A stretch of DNA of 32,000 nucleotides from Candidatus Heimdallarchaeota archaeon B3_Heim (lineage in GTDB: Archaea > Asgardarchaeota > Heimdallarchaeia > Hodarchaeales > Hodarchaeaceae). The notes under the pieces are model-generated. The model was not told the DNA's origin and made no database searches. It saw nothing but the letters and a program-made list of their open reading frames with translations. This document shows positions 17,037-25,121 of the stretch, piece by piece (the stretch's first letter is position 1; every line of letters begins with the position of its first letter). Where the stretch lies: assembly GCA_003144275.1 (NCBI GenBank), contig NJBF01000009.1, positions 7,653 to 39,652 of the forward strand, written 5' to 3'. The position numbers and the translations under genes were made by a program.

Positions 17037-17600
17037 TTATTTTGATATGTTATCTTTCTCTATAACTTGTTTTGCTAAGCTATGGAAAATTTCAGTAATT
17101 TCAGAACCCCCCTCTTTTGCTGAGGTTTCATAATATGACATATTTAGTGCATCAGCAACTTTTCGGGCATCTTTTTCAGATACTACTCTTTCATCAACGA
17201 GATCGTTTTTATTTCCAGCTAAAGCAATGGGAACAGTTGGTGGGATGTACTTAGTAAATTCAGTTAACCAAGTCGGAATCGCCTCAAAAGACTTTTTATC
17301 AGTAAGTGCAAACATAATTAAGCAAGCTGTAGCTCCTCGGTAATAGCTCGGTCTTAATTTGCCAAAGAACTCCTGTCCAGCAGTGTCTACTAAGATTAAT
17401 TTAACTTGACTGTTATTAACCTCAATCTTCTTTGTTGTAATGTCAACACCTAGCGTTGGTAAATAATTGGTTTCGAATTTGTTCTCTGCAAATCTACGGA
17501 TGAGGGATGTTTTTCCTACACTCCCAGATCCAATTGCACAAATTTTGAGTAAGTATTCATTAGTATTTGTCAAAGATGAAACTCCTATTAATACTGTCAT
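17037..17600 (-). CDS. Rab-like small GTPase (no C-terminal prenylation Cys)
   Basis: GSGSVGKTS, PTLGVD, DTAGQE, YYRGA, NKND and ETSAK. Confidence 0.92.
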   Translation of the reverse strand: MTVLIGVSSLTNTNEYLLKICAIGSGSVGKTSLIRRFAENKFETNYLPTLGVDITTKKIEVNNSQVKLILVDTAGQEFFGKLRPSYYRGATACLIMFALTDKKSFEAIPTWLTEFTKYIPPTVPIALAGNKNDLVDERVVSEKDARKVADALNMSYYETSAKEGGSEITEIFHSLAKQVIEKDNISK

Positions 17601-18526
17601 AAACCCATTTTTGAAAGATCTTGTAGTGATTGTCGCATATCGTCAATAAATTCGTCTCGTTCGGAACGTGTTTTTTCCCTCAACATATCAACAAAGAGAA
17701 CCTGTCCATTTTCAATATACAGACGAACCTCATAGTGAGCAGCGGGGAATATACCCGAAGGTAAATCATCCATCGGTTCTAATTTTACAACATCCTTAGA
17801 AAAGAGCTGCAAATGCTCTTTAATGACCGAAAATACGGTATTTCCAATAATAACAATTTCTCTTGTCAAATGTGAAGGAATCGTTAATTCTTTTAATTTT
17901 TCAGCTACAACACTAAGGGGAGTGGAGGTCGTTGCATCGACTTGACGAGTAACAACAACTTCTGTTTCCTTCACTACTCTAGGTTTTGAAACAGGCGAAG
18001 GTGCACTACTCGGCCTGGGTGTGGGAGCAGCTGAGGGCGCTGGAGTAGATTGTACTGTAGGTGCTGGTTTTGGAGCGCGTACTGAAGCTTGTGCTGGAGT
18101 AGGACGTGCTTTTGGTACGGCAGTTGGAGCAGGACGAGGAGTTGAAACAGTAGTTTGAGAAGGAGCAGTTGTGGGACGTGATACAACCTGAGATTCAGCT
18201 TTATCTGCGTCTGAAGAACTGACTATTGATGGTATTTCGCCAAAGATAGCAAGAAAATCCTTCCCCTCTATTCCAGGGTCGAGGCTATCAATACGGTAAA
18301 CCATTCCATATTGTTCTTGTCGCATCTGTTGTGCAGCCTTGGCAGAAATAAACTTTCTTCTCACAGGGGCCTCTTCTCCCTTCCAAATAAAAATCTTTCT
18401 TAACCCTTCATCTACAATAATATAAACTGCATTATTTTGTAGTCCTCCAAGGGAAGACACATCACAATGAGTTAGAGTTCCATCGTCGTTTACTGTAAAC
18501 TTTTTAATTTGGTCAGAGTTGCTCAC
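17597..18526 (-). CDS. Gelsolin-like domain protein with Pro/Ala/Thr-rich linker and uncharacterised C-terminal domain
   Basis: VYIIVDEGLRKIFIWKGEEAPVRRKFISAKAAQQMR matches the gelsolin-repeat core (D....I(F/Y).W.G......K..A...A). It is followed by a ~70-aa PRP/PTP-rich linker. Its stop overlaps the Rab start (ATGA). Confidence 0.75.
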   Translation of the reverse strand: MSNSDQIKKFTVNDDGTLTHCDVSSLGGLQNNAVYIIVDEGLRKIFIWKGEEAPVRRKFISAKAAQQMRQEQYGMVYRIDSLDPGIEGKDFLAIFGEIPSIVSSSDADKAESQVVSRPTTAPSQTTVSTPRPAPTAVPKARPTPAQASVRAPKPAPTVQSTPAPSAAPTPRPSSAPSPVSKPRVVKETEVVVTRQVDATTSTPLSVVAEKLKELTIPSHLTREIVIIGNTVFSVIKEHLQLFSKDVVKLEPMDDLPSGIFPAAHYEVRLYIENGQVLFVDMLREKTRSERDEFIDDMRQSLQDLSKMGL

Positions 18527-18748
18527 AGGTTATCATCACACAGTTCCAAGTGTAAAATCCTGAGTATTTGGTGATTTTCGCGGATTTTCTATATGTAAAT
18601 GATATCACTACCACTTTTTAAAATCCACTTAATATAATGACTCATAAAAGGTTATGACATTCTTTCATAAATTTCTTTCTTTTTAACAAACATATCCTTT
18701 TAGATATATTTTTTGTTTAGTAGGGATTTTGTTTTTAATTGTATAAAA

Positions 18749-19564
18749 ATGAAAATTGATAATTGGATTGAGAGAGGATTAAATTCTTTAAGCTCAGGTG
18801 ATTTTTTTGATGGGATGCAACTGATGGAAGGAGCGATAAGACGAGTTTTTAGATCAGATCATCCTGATACAGCTTTAAGAATATTTAAAAGCACTAGTGA
18901 GATTCTAATCGCAGAAGGACTCGAAGATTTATATTGCCAATTCATAATAGGGACCATTCCTCTTTTCAAAAAGAAACTCGGGAATATTGAATGGTTTGCA
19001 CTTCTCCCTGAAATATTGGTCATTTTAAGAGAAAATAAAGTACTTTTATGCATTCCCAAGTTTATTAATAAAATGATTTTGGAAACGAAAATTGCTCAAG
19101 AGGATTTTATTCAAACAATGATTTTTGATGTTGCTAAAGGAAAATATTCCAAGAATATTGTCGCGGATCTGCACTATTATCATGCAGGATTGTTCGTTTC
19201 AAAACAGGACTATGTAAAGTGCTTTGATATTCTGAAAGAGTGGAATGACTTAATAGTTTCTTCTCCACGTGTATTAACATATTTAACTTTAGCTGAGTTA
19301 AATGCCTATGAAATTGAAGGTTGCGGTAAGTATCTAGAACTAGCCAAATCTCTCTCTGATACTTCTCCGTATATTGAACTAGCGAATCACCTTTACAAAT
19401 CCGTTGAGGCAGGTAATTATGATCTCTACTCATCAATTATTGGTGAATATGCTGACATAGTCAACGCTAAGCATGATGCATTACTCAAAGGTTTATGTGA
19501 TGGAATTTCCGATTTCTTAAAACCAAAAGGGAATAAAGGACTTTTCTCATTATTTGGAGGTTGA
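18749..19564 (+). CDS. Alpha-helical repeat protein resembling eukaryotic Get4/TRC35
   Basis: Three colinear motifs (S..GDFFD..Q......R, LH...A......QDY, P......L...V..G......I...Y) and a C-terminal LFSLFGG correspond to Get4 motifs recalled from memory. The ATG at 18749 is preferred. The CDS is confident; the family call is moderate. Confidence 0.65.
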   Translation: MKIDNWIERGLNSLSSGDFFDGMQLMEGAIRRVFRSDHPDTALRIFKSTSEILIAEGLEDLYCQFIIGTIPLFKKKLGNIEWFALLPEILVILRENKVLLCIPKFINKMILETKIAQEDFIQTMIFDVAKGKYSKNIVADLHYYHAGLFVSKQDYVKCFDILKEWNDLIVSSPRVLTYLTLAELNAYEIEGCGKYLELAKSLSDTSPYIELANHLYKSVEAGNYDLYSSIIGEYADIVNAKHDALLKGLCDGISDFLKPKGNKGLFSLFGG

Positions 19565-20074
19565 AATTACCTCAATTATCTTTCTAACGGCTTCTATTCC
19601 CGTTTCAGCATGATAAATTTGTTCTGAAACAGGAGGGTGTTGTAATGATCCCCGCTCGCCGATTTCCTGACTCCACCCAGGGATTGATGTAATACAAACT
19701 ATTGGACGATCGTAAAGAGCTGCATATGCTAATTCTGAAAGAGTACCGATATTTCCTCCACAAGCAATGACCCCCTCTGATGCGAGAGCAACGATAGAAT
19801 TTCGTCCCCAATGTAAAAAAGTAGGAATTCTTACAGTTAAATAAGGAGATACTTCTTCATCTTCCACTCCTGCGGGAAGTATTCCAATCGATATACCCTT
19901 AGCATCGTATGCTCCTTTTGTAGCTGCTAACATTACTCCTCCTCTTCCACCACATATCAAAATCGAGCCAGAGTGTGCAATTTCTTGACCAATTTCATAA
20001 GCAATCTTGTATTGTAAGTCTGATCGTATCTGTGAATCCCCAATAACTCCAATTTGCATTTTTCTCTTATTCAT
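19550..20074 (-). CDS. TIGR00725/LOG-family Rossmann-fold nucleotide-binding protein
   Basis: IGVIG, CGGRGGVM.A...GA, GILP, RN.IVA, and GG..GTLSELAYA. The start is ATG 20074 or 20089. Confidence 0.88.
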   Translation of the reverse strand: MNKRKMQIGVIGDSQIRSDLQYKIAYEIGQEIAHSGSILICGGRGGVMLAATKGAYDAKGISIGILPAGVEDEEVSPYLTVRIPTFLHWGRNSIVALASEGVIACGGNIGTLSELAYAALYDRPIVCITSIPGWSQEIGERGSLQHPPVSEQIYHAETGIEAVRKIIEVISTSK

Positions 20075-20636
20075 CCGACTCACTTTCATTAAAATAGGTC
20101 TTTTTTCCTTCTACTGAGGGTTTAATTTTTCTCTTAGAATTCGGAAAATTTATTTCTAACGAGTTTGGAATTAATTTCTCAAGAAATATAGCTAAGGAAC
20201 CAACTTCAGAGTGTGGTTGATTTGTAATGGCAACATTCCAATCTGCATAATAAAATACCTTTGCAGGCACTTTTTCTCCTCCTACAATTACTAGAAGTTG
20301 TTTTAATGCTTCTCTAGAAGATCTAAACATTTTAAATTGTTCATTAGATTGAAAATTTTGTATGTTTTCGCCATACATTGTGAGATGTATGATTTTTCCC
20401 TTTTTCTGTTTCCAATCCTCTAAGAATTGAGGCCAATCTTCATAAGGGAGAAATTCAATTGAAAAATCTCCTCCCCACTCCGACACTACTTTAGAAACTG
20501 ATTTAATAATGTTTTCATCAGTTTCCCCCGCAATCCGAATACCTACTGATCCAAAAGCACGAGCTACTAAGGCCAAATGAGTAGTAACTCGTTTATCACG
20601 AAAAATACGATGACCAAGTCGAAACACTGTTACCAA
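20067..20636 (-). CDS. trm56: tRNA (cytidine(56)-2'-O)-methyltransferase (SPOUT)
   Basis: RLGHR..RDKRVTTH..LVARAFG, HLTMYG, VGGEKVP and NQPHSEV. Confidence 0.95.
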   Translation of the reverse strand: MVTVFRLGHRIFRDKRVTTHLALVARAFGSVGIRIAGETDENIIKSVSKVVSEWGGDFSIEFLPYEDWPQFLEDWKQKKGKIIHLTMYGENIQNFQSNEQFKMFRSSREALKQLLVIVGGEKVPAKVFYYADWNVAITNQPHSEVGSLAIFLEKLIPNSLEINFPNSKRKIKPSVEGKKTYFNESESDE

Positions 20637-20659
20637 GTAGTGTTCACTCTTTTTACAAA

Positions 20660-21217
20660 TTATTTCTTTAGGTGGTTACGTATCGTATGAGCAAGAGTAG
20701 TAAATGATTCATCAACGTTTTCACCAGTTTTTGCTGAAGTTTCAAGATAGGGAACTTTAAATCTTATATCATACTGACCCTTAATTTCCTCAATATAAGC
20801 TTGGACGTCTTCTGGTGTGACAGGATCATCAACCTCATTACGAAGATCCACCTTATTTCCTAAAATGGTTATTGGCATTATTCCTCTTCCTGAATTGCGA
20901 TAGAGTTCTTCTATCCAAGAAGACAGATTCGTAAAGGAATCACGTCTAGTAATATCAAAGACTAGAAGTCCACCATGCGACCCTTTATAATATAATTCTC
21001 GAACACTATTAAAACGAGGTTGTCCAGCCAAATCCCAAATTTGGAACTTAACGCTTTTTTTTCCTTCTTCAGTAGAGATTTGGGTCTTCTTAACAGCAAA
21101 ATCTGCGCCAATGGTCATCACATAACCACTCGAGAATTGTTTCCCAAGATATCGTTCACGTAATGCTGTTTTTCCGACTGCACCATCGCCTAATAGACAA
21201 ACTTTCATCAATAACAA
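20660..21217 (-). CDS. Rab-like small GTPase (no C-terminal prenylation Cys)
   Basis: GDGAVGKT, TIGADF, KFQIWDLAGQPRF, YYKGS, LVFDIT, NKVD and ETSAK. TTG start after GGAG. Confidence 0.93.
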   Translation of the reverse strand: MLLMKVCLLGDGAVGKTALRERYLGKQFSSGYVMTIGADFAVKKTQISTEEGKKSVKFQIWDLAGQPRFNSVRELYYKGSHGGLLVFDITRRDSFTNLSSWIEELYRNSGRGIMPITILGNKVDLRNEVDDPVTPEDVQAYIEEIKGQYDIRFKVPYLETSAKTGENVDESFTTLAHTIRNHLKK

Positions 21218-21455
21218 TTTATAGGCTCCTATCTGCGAAATAATAGATTAAATCTGAATGGATATTGGGTATGAGATGAAGAACTAGATATAATTAGGCC
21301 ATAAATAACCATTTTTTTAAAGAATTCGATATCCAATATCAATGGAATTAGCGGTGGAATTTCGTAGAATTGCATTATATTGGTTAACTAAATTAATGAT
21401 TCATAAATTTCTGATTGTTTGGATCAAGAATTATAAGCGTTTCTGGAATCACTCC

Positions 21456-21675
21456 CTCGTAACTGCGTTAGACGAGTTACCAGTCAAAAGCGAAGGGGGT
21501 AAAGCCAGTGGTTTTTGAAAATCGAGAAATCAAGCAAGAATGCCACTCCTATAGTAACAAGAAGTCCCTCGAAAACTAATTCTTCAGTCGAATTGGTTTT
21601 TTCCGGAATAGCAGACCCGTGACTCATCCTGTCCAGAACGAGGTTTTGTTGCTTTGTATGACAAATATAGTCATG
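21456..21675 (+). mobile_element. Second miniature TnpB-element relative (copy B); right end intact, left end not recognisable
   Basis: 21456-21491 is 32/36 identical to copy A and 28/36 to tnpB. It carries GTGACTCATCCTGTCCAGAAC at 21619, and its right end 21654-21675 is 19/22 identical to 28547-28568. Confidence 0.75.
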
Positions 21676-22001
21676 AATAGATGAATACTTCTTTCTATAC
21701 AATAATAGAAACGCAGAGAAGAGATTTTTGATTTGAAAAAGCAAGTCATTGATTTTTCTTATTAGTAAAGATAATCCTGTAATAGTCGATTCTAGTTGAA
21801 TACAAAAATAAAAAAGGTTTTGATTTTATTTTCTATTTACTTCATTACTATGTCTAAAAGAAAATAGGTTGAGAATCACTTTTAACATTCCGATAGAGAT
21901 TATTGATCACTCTCCTACAAATGTGTATTATAATACAGTTACAAGCTTTATAGTTCATGATTCTCATAATATACAGATATTGAGTAAGATAGGTAATAAT
22001 T

Positions 22002-24293
22002 ATGGTCGGGTTGAAAATTTCATCATCTGAGTTGAAAGATATCATCGACATCCTCGGATTATCTGAGGATGAACAGGGTGTTGTATATATAAACTTGCTA
22101 TCATTGGGTATGGCAACTCTAGGGCAGTTAAGTCTTGTCTCTGGCGTCGATTTCATCCAAACTCAAGAGACTTTGAATGTACTCATAGGTAGTAACTTGG
22201 TGAAACGCATTCCTGGGAAAGTTGGACGCTATATAGCTCTTCAACCCTTCTTAAAAGCATTTTTTCTATCTTATGACCCATTAACTCTCATTAATGTCAG
22301 GAAAGAATCAAAGGACGCTTTTGAAAAGAATACAGAATTCCTTCAAAATAATTTTAACCAAACAAGTGAGAAATTTAGAGAACATACTTCATCCTTAACC
22401 CAAGATTTTTCAGAAAACCTTGAACCAATAACTGAAGGTTTTTTGACGATCTCAACTGACCAAAGAAATCTTGTCACGTCAATTAATGAGGCTATACAAT
22501 TGGATATTCAATTTGTAAAAGATCAGATACAAACTATCATCGAAAAAGCCTCGGAATTGTACAACCAAATCAATGATGAAAATATTGAAGAAATCGAAAA
22601 GCTTCCTGAGTTATTTAATAATATCCCAACAATAAAGAACCAGCTCCAGAATGTTCAACAACAGATTTCCTCTAGTTTTGAGGAAATACGAGCAGGACAG
22701 GTCGAGAAAGCTGATGTGATTAACAAGGCTTTTGGGGAGGGAATTAAACGACATATGAACGAAAATCATCGTATCATAGAAAATTTTAATACTAACCTAG
22801 CCAAGAATCGTGAAAGTATTGAAGAATTTACGTATGAGACTAAGAACAAGCTAGAATTAATTAGGAATAATGCGAAGGCTACTCAACCCAAATTTCAAGA
22901 ATTCCGTTCTAGTTATAATGATATTGAAGAGAATCTTCAAACCTTGTTCTCATCAATCCCCCTTAAATTAAACAACATAGAAAATGTGATTTCAGACCTA
23001 ATATCAGAAATAAAAAATCGAAAAATGTTTAGAGGAAAAGAAGAGTTTATTGATCAACTGAAATTAGTACAAGAAGAGAAATTAGCTATCTCTCAACTTA
23101 TTTCCTCTTCTATGGGTAAAGCTGATCTATTAAATAAACTTAATCAAGATTTGGCTGAAATCGAGGATAAAATTGTAAATGCTACGGATGTGGGTGTTGA
23201 CTCAACAATTAGTGTGTTTGAAGAAAGAAGAAAATTGTTTCGAGAGCAATTAAATAACATAGAAAACGAATTTAACCTTAATTTAGGCAAAGAAGTTAAT
23301 GATTCTTTGTTAACCATAAAACAGGGACTTAATGATCAAATAATGACTTTAAAAATTGATTCAGACAACTTATTCAGAAGATTAACACAGGAACTAAAAT
23401 CAGAATTAGAAAATTCTACGAAAATATTTTCAGAGGTAATCTTGAATTCTATTAACGAGTTCAAACAAAATTTCAAAGTGAATCTTGAAGCAAGTAAGAC
23501 TAAAGTTATCGAAGAGAGTGAACTAGTCCAAAAAATTGCAAATATCGGTGAATTAAGCAATCAGGTAAAAATGAATCTCAACAACGCCTCTAAGAATATA
23601 ATAGATCTTGATACGTCATTAAATTCATATTTTTCAGGGTTAACGAATTTTACTTCCAACTATGCTGATGAACAGCTCAATACGTTCGTTTCCAACTTGA
23701 ATGAGTCAAAAATGAGAATTGATGAATTTCTTGAGCAGACAGAGAGACAACTCGAACACGAAGTCTCTGCGTTGATCTTTACTATCAAGGAAATGAAACA
23801 GAAACTGAGCAAAGTAACAAACGTGATGAGTTCTGTTGAATTAAGTGAACTAGATCCATCATTATTGGACACCGATCTTGTGATTGGAGAACCAGTTATT
23901 ATTTTGCTCCTTCGAGACTTAACTGTAAGGACAAAATCGTCTCTAACTATACTTATGCCTCGTCCTGAATTACAAACTTTAATAGCTGCCTCTAAATTGC
24001 CGTTTAAGACTCGTGTAACTATTATTGGGGATTTCCTTAAAGTACCTAAAACCACTCTAAAAAAAGTTACATCTTCCTCCAATATTCGCTTAAAACAACT
24101 TGATGGTATTGAATTTTGGGGGTGTATTCGAGATGCAGAAGAACTTCTGATTTGCCCTGAACCAAAAAATCCAGAAAAAGAAGAATTAGTTGGAGTAATC
24201 ACAACAAATGGAAATCTAGTTGACTTATTCACACAAGAAATTATTACCTATACTACTAGAAGCAGGGAAATTCTCCCTTCTGATTTAGAATAA
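22002..24293 (+). CDS. TrmB-like HTH protein with a very long central coiled coil and C-terminal TrmB/PLD-like domain
   Basis: N-terminal LGLSEDEQGVVYINLL..G..T..QLS winged-HTH pattern, about 550 aa of helical heptads, and a C-terminal alpha/beta domain (IRDAEELLICP). Confidence 0.75.
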   Translation: MVGLKISSSELKDIIDILGLSEDEQGVVYINLLSLGMATLGQLSLVSGVDFIQTQETLNVLIGSNLVKRIPGKVGRYIALQPFLKAFFLSYDPLTLINVRKESKDAFEKNTEFLQNNFNQTSEKFREHTSSLTQDFSENLEPITEGFLTISTDQRNLVTSINEAIQLDIQFVKDQIQTIIEKASELYNQINDENIEEIEKLPELFNNIPTIKNQLQNVQQQISSSFEEIRAGQVEKADVINKAFGEGIKRHMNENHRIIENFNTNLAKNRESIEEFTYETKNKLELIRNNAKATQPKFQEFRSSYNDIEENLQTLFSSIPLKLNNIENVISDLISEIKNRKMFRGKEEFIDQLKLVQEEKLAISQLISSSMGKADLLNKLNQDLAEIEDKIVNATDVGVDSTISVFEERRKLFREQLNNIENEFNLNLGKEVNDSLLTIKQGLNDQIMTLKIDSDNLFRRLTQELKSELENSTKIFSEVILNSINEFKQNFKVNLEASKTKVIEESELVQKIANIGELSNQVKMNLNNASKNIIDLDTSLNSYFSGLTNFTSNYADEQLNTFVSNLNESKMRIDEFLEQTERQLEHEVSALIFTIKEMKQKLSKVTNVMSSVELSELDPSLLDTDLVIGEPVIILLLRDLTVRTKSSLTILMPRPELQTLIAASKLPFKTRVTIIGDFLKVPKTTLKKVTSSSNIRLKQLDGIEFWGCIRDAEELLICPEPKNPEKEELVGVITTNGNLVDLFTQEIITYTTRSREILPSDLE

Positions 24294-24350
24294 GATCTGT
24301 TGCTAAGATGATCTATAAGAGTCTGTCAGGATTTTATGTTCATAACCGAA

Positions 24351-25109
24351 CTAGGATCCGCTTTTTGATTTTTCTAGGGCGGATTTTATGGATTCATCAT
24401 CTTCAGCAACTCTTTCTGTCGAAAAAATAGTTATTTCACCGTTTTGGACCTCAAACTCAATGCGTCCCTTGGAATATTCAACAGTAAAAGTACTTTTCTG
24501 TCTTCTGAGATATACATCGCCGTATTCGCTTAAAGCGACAATAAAACTTCCCGCAATGTTCTCTGTTGGCAGATCTACCATTTCTGTCCTGGGTACTTTT
24601 GTTTGTTCAGACTCTTTGGAAATCGGTAATTCTTCAGGTTTCTCCATCTCCATTACGACTTGAGCAATTTGTGGTTGTTGTTGCTCTGTTGGTTCATGAA
24701 TCAAGAAAGTGGTAACATAATCGAGCTCGGAAGGAATTGTAGGACGCTTAACTTGACTTTTCTTTTCTTTTTTCTGAGCGGGGAATTCGCTGAGTGTATA
24801 TTTATGACCTTCCTGCAACAGAATATCAGGTATCTCATCTGATTTGATTATTTCAACCTTAAATCCTCCCCCGATTCTTAAGCTTGTATTAGGTAACGTA
24901 AAACCACTTTTTGCTATAGATTGAACTCGTCGTTCAATAATTTTTTTACTAATCAAAGATAGTTCTTTGGGAATGGTAACAGATATCGATTCTGCACCTT
25001 CATCAATTCTAAGAACTGCTTCATCAGATGTGGGCTCATTCTTTTTGTCTAGGAAAACAAATCCATCTGTTGTCCAGACACAGGTAACAACTATGTCCTT
25101 GGTGCTCAT
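24351..25109 (-). CDS. Hypothetical protein; N-terminal domain may be a degenerate gelsolin-like fold
   Basis: VLRIDEGAESISVTIPKELSLISKKIIERRVQSI parallels the gelsolin core of 17597-18526 but lacks the W.G motif. It has a P/E/Q-rich linker and a small C-terminal alpha/beta domain. Confidence 0.6.
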   Translation of the reverse strand: MSTKDIVVTCVWTTDGFVFLDKKNEPTSDEAVLRIDEGAESISVTIPKELSLISKKIIERRVQSIAKSGFTLPNTSLRIGGGFKVEIIKSDEIPDILLQEGHKYTLSEFPAQKKEKKSQVKRPTIPSELDYVTTFLIHEPTEQQQPQIAQVVMEMEKPEELPISKESEQTKVPRTEMVDLPTENIAGSFIVALSEYGDVYLRRQKSTFTVEYSKGRIEFEVQNGEITIFSTERVAEDDESIKSALEKSKSGS

Positions 25110-25121
25110 AAATCGTCCCTC

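Noticed and set aside
17960-18190. Quasi-repetitive DNA and the alternative-frame 70-aa ORF 17974-18186
   Set aside because: It reflects Pro/Ala/Thr codon bias in the gelsolin-protein linker; there is no exact tandem repeat unit.
21300-21330. cataaataaccattttttt as a possible left end of copy B
   Set aside because: It lacks the invariant TTGT-NNG-ACAA core, and the similarity is only AT-rich.
21484-21744. 86-aa minus-strand ORF
   Set aside because: It runs antisense through non-coding copy B and has no recognisable protein features.
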